A stretch of 64,000 bases of DNA from positions 41,916-105,915 of the forward strand of contig JBJONL010000058.1 in assembly GCA_046051865.1 (NCBI GenBank), given 5' to 3'. The position numbers were made by a program, and so were the translations under genes. The stretch's first letter is position 1; the number at the start of each line of letters is the position of its first letter. Below are positions 9,659 to 21,091 of the stretch, piece after piece. Source of the stretch: Bacteroidota bacterium (lineage in GTDB: Bacteria > Bacteroidota > Bacteroidia > Flavobacteriales > Flavobacteriaceae). The notes below the pieces were generated by a model. The model did not search any database. It was not told the origin of the DNA and saw nothing but the letters and a program-made list of their open reading frames with translations.

Positions 9659-11284
9659 ATGGAGAACTACGCCCAATTTACGAAATCGATTTCGTTGGAA
9701 CAATACGGAATCAAAAGCGTTCAAGAAGTTATCTATAATCCTTCCTTTGAAAAATTATATAACGATGAATTAGATTCAAATTTACAAGGATACGAAAAAG
9801 GCCAACTTTCAGAATTAGGTGCAGTAAATGTTATGACCGGTGTTTTTACGGGTAGATCACCAAAAGATAAATACATCGTAAAAGACAACATTACGCAAGA
9901 TACGATTTGGTGGACTTCCGATAAAGCGGTAAACGATAATAAACCAATTGCACCAAATACTTGGAATGCATTAAAAGAAACTACTATTGACCAACTTTCA
10001 GGTAAGAAATTATACGTAGTGGATGCATTCTGTGGTGCTAATGAAAATACGCGATTAAAAGTGCGTTTCATTATGGAAGTGGCGTGGCAAGCTCACTTTG
10101 TAACCAATATGTTTATTCGCCCAACAGAAGCCGAATTAGAGCACTTTGGCGAGCCCGATTTCATCGTGATGAACGGTTCCAAAACTTCCTTCAAAGATTA
10201 TGCAGCGCACGGCCTTAATTCTGAAGTGTACGTTGCCTTCAATTTAACTGAGAAAATGCAGTTGATTGGTGGTACTTGGTATGGTGGCGAGATGAAGAAG
10301 GGAATGTTCTCTATGATGAACTATTACCTACCACTACAAGGAATTGCTTCTATGCATTGTTCTGCAAATAAAGGAAAAGATGGTGATGTAGCTATTTTCT
10401 TTGGGTTGTCAGGAACAGGGAAAACTACCTTGTCGACGGATCCAAAGAGAGAACTAATCGGTGATGATGAGCACGGATGGGATGATGAAGGTGTTTTCAA
10501 TTTCGAAGGTGGCTGTTATGCCAAAACAATTGACCTAAGTAAAGAAAATGAACCCGATATCTATGGCGCCATTAAAAAAGATGCTTTGTTGGAAAACGTT
10601 ACAGTAGATGCTAACGGTGTGATTGATTTCAAAGATGGTTCTGTAACCCAAAATACCCGTGTGTCTTATCCAATTTATCACATTCATAACATTGTTAAGC
10701 CAATCTCTAAAGCAGGTCATGCAACCAAAGTAATTTTCTTAACCGCCGATGCTTTTGGAGTTATGCCTCCAGTTTCCAAATTAACACCCGATCAAACAAA
10801 ATATTATTTCCTTTCAGGATTTACTGCAAAATTAGCAGGCACCGAAAGAGGGGTAACGCAACCAGAACCTACTTTTTCAGCTTGTTTCGGTAAAGCTTTC
10901 TTGTCCTTACATCCAACAAAATATGGTGAAGAATTAGTAAAGAAAATGGAACAACACAATGCCACTGCGTATATGGTAAATACAGGCTGGAACGGTACAG
11001 GAAAACGTATTTCGATAAAAGACACAAGAGCCATTATCGATGCAATCCTCGACGGCTCTATTGAAGAGGTAGAATCGAAAATTATCCCAACATTTAACTT
11101 GGCTGTTCCTACTTCTTTACATGATGTTAATCCAGCGATTTTAGATCCAAGAGACACGTATACAGATGTTACAGATTGGACTTCAAAAGCAGAAGACTTA
11201 GCTTCTCGATTTATTAAAAACTTTGCCCAATACACAGACAATCGAGAAGGCCAAAACTTAGTAAAGGCTGGTCCACAAATTTAG
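9659..11284 (+). CDS. pckA: Phosphoenolpyruvate carboxykinase (ATP)
   Basis: [36 protein letters not shown]. Confidence 0.98.
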   Translation: MENYAQFTKSISLEQYGIKSVQEVIYNPSFEKLYNDELDSNLQGYEKGQLSELGAVNVMTGVFTGRSPKDKYIVKDNITQDTIWWTSDKAVNDNKPIAPNTWNALKETTIDQLSGKKLYVVDAFCGANENTRLKVRFIMEVAWQAHFVTNMFIRPTEAELEHFGEPDFIVMNGSKTSFKDYAAHGLNSEVYVAFNLTEKMQLIGGTWYGGEMKKGMFSMMNYYLPLQGIASMHCSANKGKDGDVAIFFGLSGTGKTTLSTDPKRELIGDDEHGWDDEGVFNFEGGCYAKTIDLSKENEPDIYGAIKKDALLENVTVDANGVIDFKDGSVTQNTRVSYPIYHIHNIVKPISKAGHATKVIFLTADAFGVMPPVSKLTPDQTKYYFLSGFTAKLAGTERGVTQPEPTFSACFGKAFLSLHPTKYGEELVKKMEQHNATAYMVNTGWNGTGKRISIKDTRAIIDAILDGSIEEVESKIIPTFNLAVPTSLHDVNPAILDPRDTYTDVTDWTSKAEDLASRFIKNFAQYTDNREGQNLVKAGPQI

Positions 11285-11316
11285 CAAACAAGCATAACAA
11301 ACATACCTAACCAAAA

Positions 11317-11349
11317 GAAAAAGCCATTCAAATTTTGAATGGCTTTTTT
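11317..11349. terminator. Bidirectional terminator between pckA and hemD
   Basis: aaaaagccattcaaa/tttgaatggctttttt. Confidence 0.8.
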
Positions 11350-11371
11350 GATATATGTATCTGTATATAAT

Positions 11372-12130
11372 TTATTTTCCTTTATTAGCATCAGCAATAT
11401 AGCGCTCTAATGCCATTGTCATCGAGGGAGTGTCAGGCGTTGGCGCTAAAATATCGATCCGTAACCCATGCTCCAATGCTTCTTTTTGAGTCGTACTTCC
11501 AAATACAGCGATACGCGTGTTGTTTTGCTTAAAATCAGGGAAGTTTTTGAATAAGGATTTTATTCCTGTCGGACTAAAGAAAGCCAAAACATCATAATAT
11601 ACATCGGCTAAATCAGATAAATCACTCATTACTGTTTTGTAAAAAGTGGCTTGTGTCCATTCCACCTTTAAATTGTTTAAGGTTTGAGGCACATCAAAAT
11701 TCAGCTGGTCAGAAGCGGGTAATAAAAACTTTTCTTCTTTGTATTTTTTTATCAAAGGAGATAAATCAACAAAATCTTTTTGGCCAACATATATTTTACG
11801 TTTTCGGTACACTACATACTTCTGTAAATAAAAAGCAATAGCCTCCGATTGGCAAAAATATTTTAAATCTTCCGGCACCTTATAGCGCATTTCTTCTGCT
11901 ACTCTAAAAAAATGATCAACAGAGTTACGGCTGGTTAAAATAATCGCAGTATAGTTATTAAGGTCAATTTTTTGAGCTCTAACATCTTTTGCATTAACCC
12001 CTTCAACATGTATAAAGGGGCGAAAATCAATTTTCACCTTATGCTTTTGTTGTAAATCAAAATAAGGAGAATTTTCTACCTTAGGTTCTGGTTGTGATAC
12101 CAAAATTGTTTTCACTTTCAAATTTGACAT
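11372..12130 (-). CDS. hemD: Uroporphyrinogen-III synthase family protein
   Basis: Bacteroidota HemD-like: ILVSQPEP, IILTSR, FFSPTGI. Confidence 0.8.
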   Translation of the reverse strand: MSNLKVKTILVSQPEPKVENSPYFDLQQKHKVKIDFRPFIHVEGVNAKDVRAQKIDLNNYTAIILTSRNSVDHFFRVAEEMRYKVPEDLKYFCQSEAIAFYLQKYVVYRKRKIYVGQKDFVDLSPLIKKYKEEKFLLPASDQLNFDVPQTLNNLKVEWTQATFYKTVMSDLSDLADVYYDVLAFFSPTGIKSLFKNFPDFKQNNTRIAVFGSTTQKEALEHGLRIDILAPTPDTPSMTMALERYIADANKGK

Positions 12131-12131
12131 T

Positions 12132-12806
12132 TTAATGTGCTAAATTTTTTGTAATCAAATAATATATAAAATAGTAGGGCGCTATTTCGAGTGCGCAAAG
12201 ATACAAAATAAAATAAAACAACTTGCTTATAAGTAAGTTTTGATAAATCTTTAGAGAAATTAGATAAGTAAACAAGTTAATTATTAAAATCACAGCAATT
12301 GCACAAAAAAGTAAAGCATTTGATGAAGAATTGTTGTAAAATAAGTAAATGTTAATCGGGAGAAGCATAAGTGCAATGAAAGTACGATAACTTACCTTTT
12401 GTAAATTCAATTGCTCCGTGAATTCTTCTATGCTAAACGTAGCAGCTACAATTTTCTCAACCAAAAATTTAGACAATATAAAAACAAAAAGAAACGTGAA
12501 AATCCGGATGAATATGACCCAATCAGTTTTGGAAGCATAGTGAAAATAACTCAAAACCAATTGAATAAAAAAAGCATAAGATATAAGTTGTACAATAAAT
12601 AAAAGTATCGTAAATCCACTCATTAAATGAGAAGGGTCTTTGTAAACCTTGATGTATTTGTCAGAAACTAATATCCGCAGAAAATCGGTAAAGCGCGTTT
12701 CAAACACCGTTCGAGTGATAGCAATTAAAACAAACGATAAAACAAAAAGAAAAGTTGCCCAATCCCTGCTTTCTAATACCCTCGGCTGTAAAACGGTTTC
12801 TATCAT
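12132..12806 (-). CDS. DUF4271 membrane protein
   Basis: Multi-TM, C-terminal YFILYLCALEIAP, next to hemD. Confidence 0.82.
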   Translation of the reverse strand: MIETVLQPRVLESRDWATFLFVLSFVLIAITRTVFETRFTDFLRILVSDKYIKVYKDPSHLMSGFTILLFIVQLISYAFFIQLVLSYFHYASKTDWVIFIRIFTFLFVFILSKFLVEKIVAATFSIEEFTEQLNLQKVSYRTFIALMLLPINIYLFYNNSSSNALLFCAIAVILIINLFTYLISLKIYQNLLISKLFYFILYLCALEIAPYYFIYYLITKNLAH

Positions 12807-12912
12807 AATCCTGGCAAAATTACTAATTTTTTATTTGTTAAATTATTATATAATTATTAAGAAACACCACTAATAAAAAGTTTATTTTTGCACTTAAGTT
12901 TGATTGTATTTT

Positions 12913-13638
12913 ATGAACGATAGCCTTGTAATTATTCCTACCTATAATGAAATTGAAAACATCGAAAATATTATTCGAGCCGTTTTTTCTTTATCAAAAC
13001 CGTTTGATATTTTAATTGTTGATGATAATTCCCCCGACAATACAGGAGTAAAAGTTCTTGAGTTACAACAGGAGTTTCATGGTAAATTGTTTTTAGAGGT
13101 TCGACTAAAAAAGGCAGGTCTCGGCACAGCCTACGTTCATGGATTTAAATGGGCACTTAATCACGCATACGAGTATATTTTTGAAATGGATGCCGATTTC
13201 TCTCATAATCCAGCCGACTTAGAAAGACTATACGAAGAATGCCATACTAAGGGAGGCGACTTAGCGATTGGGTCACGATATGTAACGGGAGTAAATGTAG
13301 TTAACTGGCCCTTAAGCCGGGTTTTGCTTTCATATTTTGCCTCCGTGTATGTTCGTATGATTACAGGGATGAAAATTATGGATGCTACTGCAGGATATAT
13401 TTGTTACCGCAGAATCGTTTTAGAAAAAATAAATCTAGATAAAATAAAATTTATAGGCTATGCTTTTCAAATCGAAATGAAATACAGAGCCTTCGCTAAA
13501 AAATTTGCTATAAAGGAAGTCCCCGTAATTTTTACCGATCGTACTAAAGGACAATCCAAAATGAGCGGCGCTATCATCAAAGAAGCCATTTTCGGCGTTA
13601 TTTCCCTGCGAGCAAGAAAGTTTTTTAACCGATTATAA
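12913..13638 (+). CDS. Polyprenol monophosphomannose synthase (GT2, DPM1-like)
   Basis: IIPTYNE, VDDNSPD, GLGTAY, EMDADFSH, GSRY. Confidence 0.92.
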   Translation: MNDSLVIIPTYNEIENIENIIRAVFSLSKPFDILIVDDNSPDNTGVKVLELQQEFHGKLFLEVRLKKAGLGTAYVHGFKWALNHAYEYIFEMDADFSHNPADLERLYEECHTKGGDLAIGSRYVTGVNVVNWPLSRVLLSYFASVYVRMITGMKIMDATAGYICYRRIVLEKINLDKIKFIGYAFQIEMKYRAFAKKFAIKEVPVIFTDRTKGQSKMSGAIIKEAIFGVISLRARKFFNRL

Positions 13639-13647
13639 CTAAATACC

Positions 13648-14988
13648 ATGAATACCTTTTTAATTAAAAATGCCAAAATTGTAAATGAAGGAGTTATTTT
13701 TGAAGGTGATGTATTGATTGAAAACGAGTTTATTGTTGAAATCGCTCAAAACATAAGTCCAAAACATACAAACTATAAAATAGTGGATGCAGAGGGACGT
13801 TATTTACTCCCGGGAGTGATCGACGATCAGGTTCATTTTCGCGAACCAGGGCTGACCCATAAAGGTACTATTGCATCAGAAAGTAGAGCGGCAGTAGCAG
13901 GTGGAATAACCTCGTTTATAGAGCAACCCAATACTCTTCCAAATGCGGTAACACAGGAGATTTTAGAAGAAAAATATAAGGTAGCCGCAAACACCTCCTA
14001 TGCTAACTATTCCTTTATGATGGGCGGGACGAATGATAATTTAGAAGAGATTTTAAAAACTAATCCAAAAAATGTCGCTGGATTAAAATTGTTCCTGGGT
14101 TCGTCAACAGGTGATATGTTGGTCGATAGTACGGACTCCTTAGAAAAAATATTTTCTAGCACTAAATTATTAATTGCAGTTCACAGCGAAGATGAAACCA
14201 CTGTAAAAGAAAATTTAGAAAGGTATAAATTACAGTTTGGCGATGATATACCTGTTAAATTTCATCCAGAGATTAGAAGTGTAGAAGCATGTTATAAATC
14301 GACGGTAAGAGTTATTGAGTTAGCAAAAAAAACAGGAGCAAGATTGCATGTTTTTCATCTTTCCACTGCAAAAGAGTTGGACTTATTTACCAATAAAATC
14401 CCATTAGAAGAAAAACAAATCACTGCTGAGGTTTGCATCCATCATCTTTGGTTTTCAGATGAAGATTATGCTACAAAAGGCAATCTTATCAAATGGAATC
14501 CTGCGGTTAAATCGGCAGATGATCGAGAAGCGCTTTGGGAAGCTTTATTAGATGATAGAATTGATGTAATAGCCACTGATCATGCACCGCATACCTTGGA
14601 AGAAAAAAAACAAGTATATACAAAAGCACCTTCTGGAGGTCCGTTAGTCCAACATGCCCTAGTAGCCATGTTCGAAGCGTACCATCAAGGTAAGATCTCA
14701 GTAGAGAAAATCGTAGAAAAAATGTGCCATAATCCATCCAAAATTTTCCAAATCGAAAAGCGCGGATTTATTAAGCCAGGATATTACGCCGATTTAGTAA
14801 TTGTCGATGCAGGCATGCCATGGTCTGTAAATAAAGACAATATTTTTTATAAATGTGGATGGTCGCCCTTTGAAGGCTATACTTTTAAATCAAGAGTAAC
14901 CCATACTTTTGTAAATGGTGATTTGGTTTATCAAAATTTCAAAGTAAAAGAAATACCGGTAGGGAAAAGATTGTTGTTCAATAGATAA
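13648..14988 (+). CDS. pyrC: Dihydroorotase
   Basis: PGVIDDQVHFREPG, KWNP, ATDHAPH, KCGWSPFEG. Confidence 0.92.
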   Translation: MNTFLIKNAKIVNEGVIFEGDVLIENEFIVEIAQNISPKHTNYKIVDAEGRYLLPGVIDDQVHFREPGLTHKGTIASESRAAVAGGITSFIEQPNTLPNAVTQEILEEKYKVAANTSYANYSFMMGGTNDNLEEILKTNPKNVAGLKLFLGSSTGDMLVDSTDSLEKIFSSTKLLIAVHSEDETTVKENLERYKLQFGDDIPVKFHPEIRSVEACYKSTVRVIELAKKTGARLHVFHLSTAKELDLFTNKIPLEEKQITAEVCIHHLWFSDEDYATKGNLIKWNPAVKSADDREALWEALLDDRIDVIATDHAPHTLEEKKQVYTKAPSGGPLVQHALVAMFEAYHQGKISVEKIVEKMCHNPSKIFQIEKRGFIKPGYYADLVIVDAGMPWSVNKDNIFYKCGWSPFEGYTFKSRVTHTFVNGDLVYQNFKVKEIPVGKRLLFNR

Positions 14989-14996
14989 TAGTTGCC

Positions 14997-15374
14997 ATGA
15001 AAAAATACTTCTTATTATGTTTGCTCCTCTTGATTGTTGGTTGTACTTCATCCATAGAAAAACCAAAGAACCTGATAGAAAAGGATAAGATGATAAATGT
15101 TCTGTATGATTTGTCATTGCTGCAAGCCATTAGATCCCAAAATATAGGGGGAGGAATAGACAACAAAGCCATGAATGATTATATATTTAAAAAATATAAA
15201 ATTGACAGTGTCCAATTGGCGCAAAGCAATAAATATTATGCTTCAGATATGGCAGTGTACAAAAAAATATTTGAAGGAGTAAAAGCTAAACTGGAGGAAG
15301 AATCCAAAAAGAATGGGGGTGGTGTCGTTTCAAGCTCCACAGCCATAGCCCCGAGCACGCCGAGAGTACAATAA
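14997..15374 (+). CDS. DUF4296 lipoprotein
   Basis: Lipobox IVGC, KPKNLI..DKM, IFKKYKIDS...SNKYY. Confidence 0.8.
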   Translation: MKKYFLLCLLLLIVGCTSSIEKPKNLIEKDKMINVLYDLSLLQAIRSQNIGGGIDNKAMNDYIFKKYKIDSVQLAQSNKYYASDMAVYKKIFEGVKAKLEEESKKNGGGVVSSSTAIAPSTPRVQ

Positions 15375-16373
15375 TCACTTCTCCTGCAGGGTAATAGTAT
15401 CCACTAATACAGTGTCGATGCTTTGAAACTCAAAATTTAGGGTTCTTTTAATTTTTTGATTCGATATCAAATCCTTAGCAAACAAAGCATTTACGCCAAA
15501 CTTGGATAGTTTTCTTGGAGTTCTAAAAAAGGTTGAGATCAACCAATCCAGGCGCCAAACGATGGCTAACAACCAAGGTTTTGCTTCTAGTTGTGGTTTC
15601 TTAACCTGAAGCTTATCGGCAATTGAAAACAACACTTCGGCAAAGCTCAAATTCTCAGAAATTAAAGCAAAACGTTCCCCTACTATCGTACTTTGCATTA
15701 GCGCGATCATTGCTTTTACGACATCTGTAACCCCTATAAAAGCACTAATGCCTTTAGTGTAAAATGGAAATCCTTTTTTGGTCTTGCTAAAGAAGGTACC
15801 ACTGCCTTGTTCCCAAAAACCCGCCCCAAAAATGATACCCGGATTGACAACCACAACGTTTAATCCCTCTTGCTGTCCTCTCCATATTTCCATTTCAGCG
15901 CCATACTTTGAAATAGCATAATCACTATGGAGTACTTCTGGATTCCATTCGCTTTCTTCTGTAACTTCTAATTGATAAGGTGTCTTTTCTCCCAAGGCAG
16001 CTATCGAACTCACATGGCAAAGCTTTTTGATCTTGTAATCCAAACAAAAAGTAACAATGTTAGCCGTTCCCTCGATATTCGTTTTCCGGAGTCGTTGTTC
16101 ATCACTTGGGTCGTACGAAATTAATCCCGCACAATGATAGACATAATCCACGTCTTTAAACGCATTTGCTAAGGAAGGGACATCAATTATATCGGCTTGT
16201 ATCCATTCAATTTTTGAAAACAAGACCTCTTTTTGATAGCGTGCAAAAAGAGCTTTTGTTTTTGCAATAGAAGGCTCAGTTCGGTATATAGCACGAAGGA
16301 AGTTCTCATTTTCTGCTAAATGCAACAGCAAATGCGCGCCAACTAAACCAGTACCGCCAGTAACTAATATCAT
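15375..16373 (-). CDS. NAD-dependent epimerase/dehydratase
   Basis: TGGTGLVG, HVSS, YAISK (YxxxK). Confidence 0.9.
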   Translation of the reverse strand: MILVTGGTGLVGAHLLLHLAENENFLRAIYRTEPSIAKTKALFARYQKEVLFSKIEWIQADIIDVPSLANAFKDVDYVYHCAGLISYDPSDEQRLRKTNIEGTANIVTFCLDYKIKKLCHVSSIAALGEKTPYQLEVTEESEWNPEVLHSDYAISKYGAEMEIWRGQQEGLNVVVVNPGIIFGAGFWEQGSGTFFSKTKKGFPFYTKGISAFIGVTDVVKAMIALMQSTIVGERFALISENLSFAEVLFSIADKLQVKKPQLEAKPWLLAIVWRLDWLISTFFRTPRKLSKFGVNALFAKDLISNQKIKRTLNFEFQSIDTVLVDTITLQEK

Positions 16374-16506
16374 AGCGACAAAGGTACTAATTAATCAATT
16401 TTTTAGCGTCTCATTCATAGATTTTAATTTGTATTGTTCCCTTTTCACATTTTCAAATTGATGAATTAAAAACTATCTTTGCCACCATTAGAGAAATAAG
16501 GACGAA

Positions 16507-17802
16507 ATGAAGAATTTAGTAACAGAATTACAATGGCGTGGCTTAGTGCACGACATCATGCCCGGAACTGAGGAGCAACTTTTAAAGGAAATGACCACGA
16601 CCTATATTGGGTTTGATCCTACAAGCGATTCGTTGCACATAGGGAGTTTAGTGCCAATCATTTTATTAGTACATTTAGAAAAATTTGGACATAAACCCAT
16701 CGCCTTAGTGGGAGGTGCTACCGGTATGATTGGTGACCCTTCTGGTAAATCAGACGAGAGAAATCTGTTAGACGAAGCAACTTTAGAGAAAAATGTGGCC
16801 GGAATTAAAGCGGTCTTATCGCGCTTTTTAGACTTTAATTCTGCGGCAACAAACGCTCCAGTCTTAGTGAATAATTACGATTGGATGAAAGACTTCTCTT
16901 TTGTCAATTTTGCACGCGATGTAGGGAAAAGAATTACCGTAAACTACATGATGGCTAAGGATTCTGTAAAGAAACGTTTAAGCGGCGAAAGTGGCGAAGG
17001 AATGAGCTTTACCGAGTTTACCTACCAGTTAATACAAGGATACGATTTCCACCATCTCTATAAAACCCAAAATTGCCTATTGCAAATGGGAGGCAGTGAC
17101 CAATGGGGTAACATTACTACAGGAACCGAATTGGTGCGCAGAATGAATGGAGAAGGGGCCAAAGCTTATGCGATGACCTGTCCGCTAATCACGAAAGCCG
17201 ACGGTTCTAAATTTGGTAAATCTGAAGGAGGAAATGTATGGTTAACAGCGGACCGAACCTCAGTATATAAATTTTATCAGTTTTGGCTAAACACTACCGA
17301 TGTAGATGCCGAGAAGTACATCAAAATCTTTACCTTCTTGGAGAAGGAGACTGTTGATGCGCTCATTGCAGAACATCAAACAGCGCCGCATTTACGAGTG
17401 TTGCAAAAACGCTTGGCCGAAGAAGTAACCACCTTTGTGCACGGTAAAGAGGAACTTGAAAAGGCCGTTTTTGCTTCAGGGGCATTCTTTAGTCCAACTA
17501 TGGATGATTTGAAAAAATTAGACACGAAAACCTTCTTGGAGGTTTTTGAAGGAGTGCCACAAGCGGAAGTAACAATGGCCGATTTAGAAAGCGGATTAGA
17601 TATGATTGCAGCATTGGCTGCTAAGACTGGGTTCTTGGCGTCCAACAGCGATGCGAGAAGAGAATTGCAACAGAACTCAATTTCCTTAAATAAAGAGAAA
17701 GTGGGAGCCGATTATAGTATTACCGAAGCTGACTTGATAAACAATGAGTTTTTGATGTTGCAAAAAGGAAAGAAAAATTATTATTTGATAAAGGTTATAT
17801 AA
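16507..17802 (+). CDS. tyrS: Tyrosine--tRNA ligase
   Basis: [28 protein letters not shown]-terminal S4 domain. Confidence 0.97.
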   Translation: MKNLVTELQWRGLVHDIMPGTEEQLLKEMTTTYIGFDPTSDSLHIGSLVPIILLVHLEKFGHKPIALVGGATGMIGDPSGKSDERNLLDEATLEKNVAGIKAVLSRFLDFNSAATNAPVLVNNYDWMKDFSFVNFARDVGKRITVNYMMAKDSVKKRLSGESGEGMSFTEFTYQLIQGYDFHHLYKTQNCLLQMGGSDQWGNITTGTELVRRMNGEGAKAYAMTCPLITKADGSKFGKSEGGNVWLTADRTSVYKFYQFWLNTTDVDAEKYIKIFTFLEKETVDALIAEHQTAPHLRVLQKRLAEEVTTFVHGKEELEKAVFASGAFFSPTMDDLKKLDTKTFLEVFEGVPQAEVTMADLESGLDMIAALAAKTGFLASNSDARRELQQNSISLNKEKVGADYSITEADLINNEFLMLQKGKKNYYLIKVI

Positions 17803-18775
17803 CCATCAAGTTACAACCTCGGATATCCGAATGATCAAAGCGACCCAATATTTCGAAAGAATTATTGGGTTGTTTTTTACCCAAATCTTGGGTAGCGATA
17901 AAAGAACAAGAGTTGATGTTGGCCAAGTCAATGACGTTAACACCTCCGGTCTTCCCATCCGCTACATAAGCCAAAGCATCTTCAGGATCACGAAGTAGTA
18001 TGTGCATCCAGGACGGACATTCAAATACCCCATTACCAAGGGAATAGGCTTGTGATAATAATTCGGTCATTCCATATTCCGAATGGATGCTTGATACCCC
18101 AAAGCCTTTACAAAGTATCGAATGCAATTCTTCTCGTATCATTTCTTTGCGCTTACCTTTCATACCCCCCGTCTCCATAATGATGGTATTCTTTAGGTGA
18201 AAGTTGTGTTGCTCGACTAAATCCAGTAAAGCGTAAGTTACTCCTATAAGAAGTACATTTTGTCCAGCATTATCAAGTGCAGTAAGTTTGGCAATTAACT
18301 CGTCATAATTGTGCAAGTAAAAGCCACTATGTTCGTTATTAGAAAGTGCAATCAAATCCTGAACCATATAAATCAAGGACGAACCCGAACGCTCTAAATA
18401 GGAGGGTAGTAAAGCCAAGACAACATAATCTTCAATATTCCCATAAAATTCCGAAAAGGCTAAACGGTAACTTTGCTCATATAATGAAACATCAGTAACC
18501 AAATGCCGGCTAGTAATCATGCCGGTAGTGCCACTACTGGTAAAGGTCTCTTGAATAGTATCAGGGTTAGAAACCACTTCATGACTCTTAAAAAATTGTA
18601 TCGGTAAGAAGGGGATTTGAGCTAATGATTTAACACTATGTTTTTCTACTTTAAGAAAATCACAAAACTGTTGGTACACTAAGTTGTTTTCGTATTGATA
18701 ACGAAAAACTTTTAAAGCCATTTTTTCAAATTGCTTGTGGGATGAAATAGTGAAGAGGTCTTGTGGAGGAATCAC
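17795..18775 (-). CDS. LuxE-family acyl-protein synthetase / acyltransferase
   Basis: [42 protein letters not shown]. Confidence 0.85.
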   Translation of the reverse strand: MIPPQDLFTISSHKQFEKMALKVFRYQYENNLVYQQFCDFLKVEKHSVKSLAQIPFLPIQFFKSHEVVSNPDTIQETFTSSGTTGMITSRHLVTDVSLYEQSYRLAFSEFYGNIEDYVVLALLPSYLERSGSSLIYMVQDLIALSNNEHSGFYLHNYDELIAKLTALDNAGQNVLLIGVTYALLDLVEQHNFHLKNTIIMETGGMKGKRKEMIREELHSILCKGFGVSSIHSEYGMTELLSQAYSLGNGVFECPSWMHILLRDPEDALAYVADGKTGGVNVIDLANINSCSFIATQDLGKKQPNNSFEILGRFDHSDIRGCNLMVI

Positions 18776-18856
18776 AATGTTTTATTTTTGACAAAAGTAA
18801 GGAAAATAAAAAAGCTCCGACTTTCGCCAGAGCTTTTATATTTATGGTAAAACGGA

Positions 18857-20563
18857 TTATTTAATAACCAATTTTCTAGTAGCAGTGTTACCTTCTTCTG
18901 TAATTTTAACTACATAAACACCACTTGTTAATGAACTTACGCTGATAGCGTTGTCAACAGTAGTAGTGTTTAAAACTTGTTTTCCTAACACGTCATATAC
19001 AACTACAGTTTTAGTTGCATTAGCCGCTGATTCGATGAATAACGTTCCATTTGAAATAGGGTTAGGGTATACTTTTAATCCTTTAATTGAATTTTGATTT
19101 AAACCTAAAGTTAATCCTAAATCCGTTAATGAAGTAACGATTCTTAATTCATCAATTTGTAAGTTTGGTGTATTAGCATCAGAATCTTGTCTCAAAGTAA
19201 ACCATCCTAAAGCCGTAAGAGGTGTAGCTGGAGTTAAAGAAAGCGTTGGAGCAGCTCCAGCAGTTGGATTAATCCAAAGGCCCAGTGCGTTCGTATCGAA
19301 ATCATAACCAAGAACTACATAAACAACTTCACCTGTATTTCTTAAAGTAGTCTCAACATTAGTAGTAGTACCAGCAGTGTCAAATCCAAAAGAATATTGG
19401 TCTACGATTCTTTTTACAAATACTCTTCCTTTGTAATCTGAAGATCCAGAGCCACAAAGACCTGCAAAGTAACCAGCGTTTCCGTCAGTCATTAAGGCTA
19501 AATCAGCTACCTTTACTAAAAAGGCAGCATATAAAGTTCCCGAAGTAGTGCTCGTAAATGGAGTAGTGCTTTCTTTTCCACTTCCAGAAAACAATACTGA
19601 ATTTCCAGTCGAAGTAACGCCGCTATAATTCAAACTACCTGCAACCGCAACAATATCATCACCCCCATTTAAATTAGACCACAATTGTGAAGTTCCTAAT
19701 GCACTTCCTGCAGTATAATTGAATGGTTCGCTGTAAGGTAAAGCGTTGATTGGTTTACATTCTGGAGAATTTGCGCTAGTACTTAAATTACAAGTACCTC
19801 CTGTTATGGTAGCCGAAAAATTAGTGCCTTCAGCGACACCTGTAATAACGATATTACCAGCAGCAACTGAAGTTGGGTTATCTCCACCAACGGTTCCTGA
19901 AGCAGGAGTAATAGTGTAAGTAGCATTTCCTCCACCTGTGTATGGAATAGTAACAGTATAAGTGTCAGTTCCTGCAGTAGAAGCTTCACATACCGCTGTT
20001 GGAGTTCCTAATGCCAATGTACAAGAAGCAGAAACGGAGCTTAATTTAAGATCGTCAATACGATTGTTTTTTGGAGTAGCTAAATTTTGCGTAAATCGTA
20101 AAGATAAAGTGGCTGTCGAAGGAATGATATTTCCGGGAACAGTTACTAGTGACCAACCGGTAGCGCCTGGTGTGTAAGTAATAGCCGTCCAAGAAGCACC
20201 TGAATCAGAGCTATATTCTAAGGTTAATGTATTAGTAACATTTCCGTCAGCATTATATCCAAAAGTTAATTGTATATCAGCAGTATTGTATGCTGAAGTA
20301 TTAAGACCATCAATTTGAAAGGTTTCTGCAGCAGCATTAACTAGTACATTTCCACCTCCAGATGCTCCAGTGTAACCTGAAGATACAGCAGTAGCTCTAA
20401 CGTCAGCAGTCCCTGAATAGACAATTGGGGCAGCATTTTGCCATCCCGTGTAAGCTGTAACCAAAGTCGTTGCAGATGGGGCACCCATGTTTTCAGAATA
20501 AAACGTCTGCGCAAAAGACACAGATGAAATTACTAAAAGTAATAAAGAGTAAAGTTTTTTCAT
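18857..20563 (-). CDS. T9SS type A sorting-domain secreted protein (Thr/Gly/Ser-rich beta domains)
   Basis: Signal peptide MKKLYSLL...SFAQ; CTD VYPNP...YDVLGK...GVYVVKI...KLVIK. Confidence 0.88.
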   Translation of the reverse strand: MKKLYSLLLLVISSVSFAQTFYSENMGAPSATTLVTAYTGWQNAAPIVYSGTADVRATAVSSGYTGASGGGNVLVNAAAETFQIDGLNTSAYNTADIQLTFGYNADGNVTNTLTLEYSSDSGASWTAITYTPGATGWSLVTVPGNIIPSTATLSLRFTQNLATPKNNRIDDLKLSSVSASCTLALGTPTAVCEASTAGTDTYTVTIPYTGGGNATYTITPASGTVGGDNPTSVAAGNIVITGVAEGTNFSATITGGTCNLSTSANSPECKPINALPYSEPFNYTAGSALGTSQLWSNLNGGDDIVAVAGSLNYSGVTSTGNSVLFSGSGKESTTPFTSTTSGTLYAAFLVKVADLALMTDGNAGYFAGLCGSGSSDYKGRVFVKRIVDQYSFGFDTAGTTTNVETTLRNTGEVVYVVLGYDFDTNALGLWINPTAGAAPTLSLTPATPLTALGWFTLRQDSDANTPNLQIDELRIVTSLTDLGLTLGLNQNSIKGLKVYPNPISNGTLFIESAANATKTVVVYDVLGKQVLNTTTVDNAISVSSLTSGVYVVKITEEGNTATRKLVIK

Positions 20564-20667
20564 TTTTTTAAATTTAATTAGCCCACAAATATAATCACAA
20601 ATATTGGTAGCCAAAAATTTGAATGTAAAAAAATGATTAAATAAAAGTAATTTAACTAAGTGTTCAA

Positions 20668-20982
20668 CTATCTGACAATTAGTTTTCTAGTGGCTGTAGT
20701 ATCGCCTTCCGTAATTTTGATAATGTAAACCCCTGGCGGTATGGAAGCAATGTTCAACTCCTTAGAAGAAATGGTGGTTTCATACACTTTTTTACCTAAC
20801 ACATCAAAAATCAAAATGTTTTTGTCCAAACTAGTTTTTGAAGTGATGTAAATCTTGCCGTTACTTACCGGATTAGGATAAAAACCTAACGCGTCATTTC
20901 CAGTCTGCTTTCCTTCTTGAGCCTGAGCTGAAAAAGAAAACATGCCTAAAAGAAGGGCGATATAAAAGTAGTTCTTAGCCAT
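20668..20982 (-). CDS. Small T9SS CTD-only protein
   Basis: Signal peptide, ~9 residues, then FYPNP...FDVLGK...GVYIIKI...KLIVR. Confidence 0.85.
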   Translation of the reverse strand: MAKNYFYIALLLGMFSFSAQAQEGKQTGNDALGFYPNPVSNGKIYITSKTSLDKNILIFDVLGKKVYETTISSKELNIASIPPGVYIIKITEGDTTATRKLIVR

Positions 20983-21091
20983 AAGACAAATTGGTTGTTA
21001 CAAATATATGAAAAACTTTTCAAATACTATACCAAAAAAAACACCTCAAATTTTTAAGGTGTTTTTTAAGTACTTTTTAAGAATCTATTGC

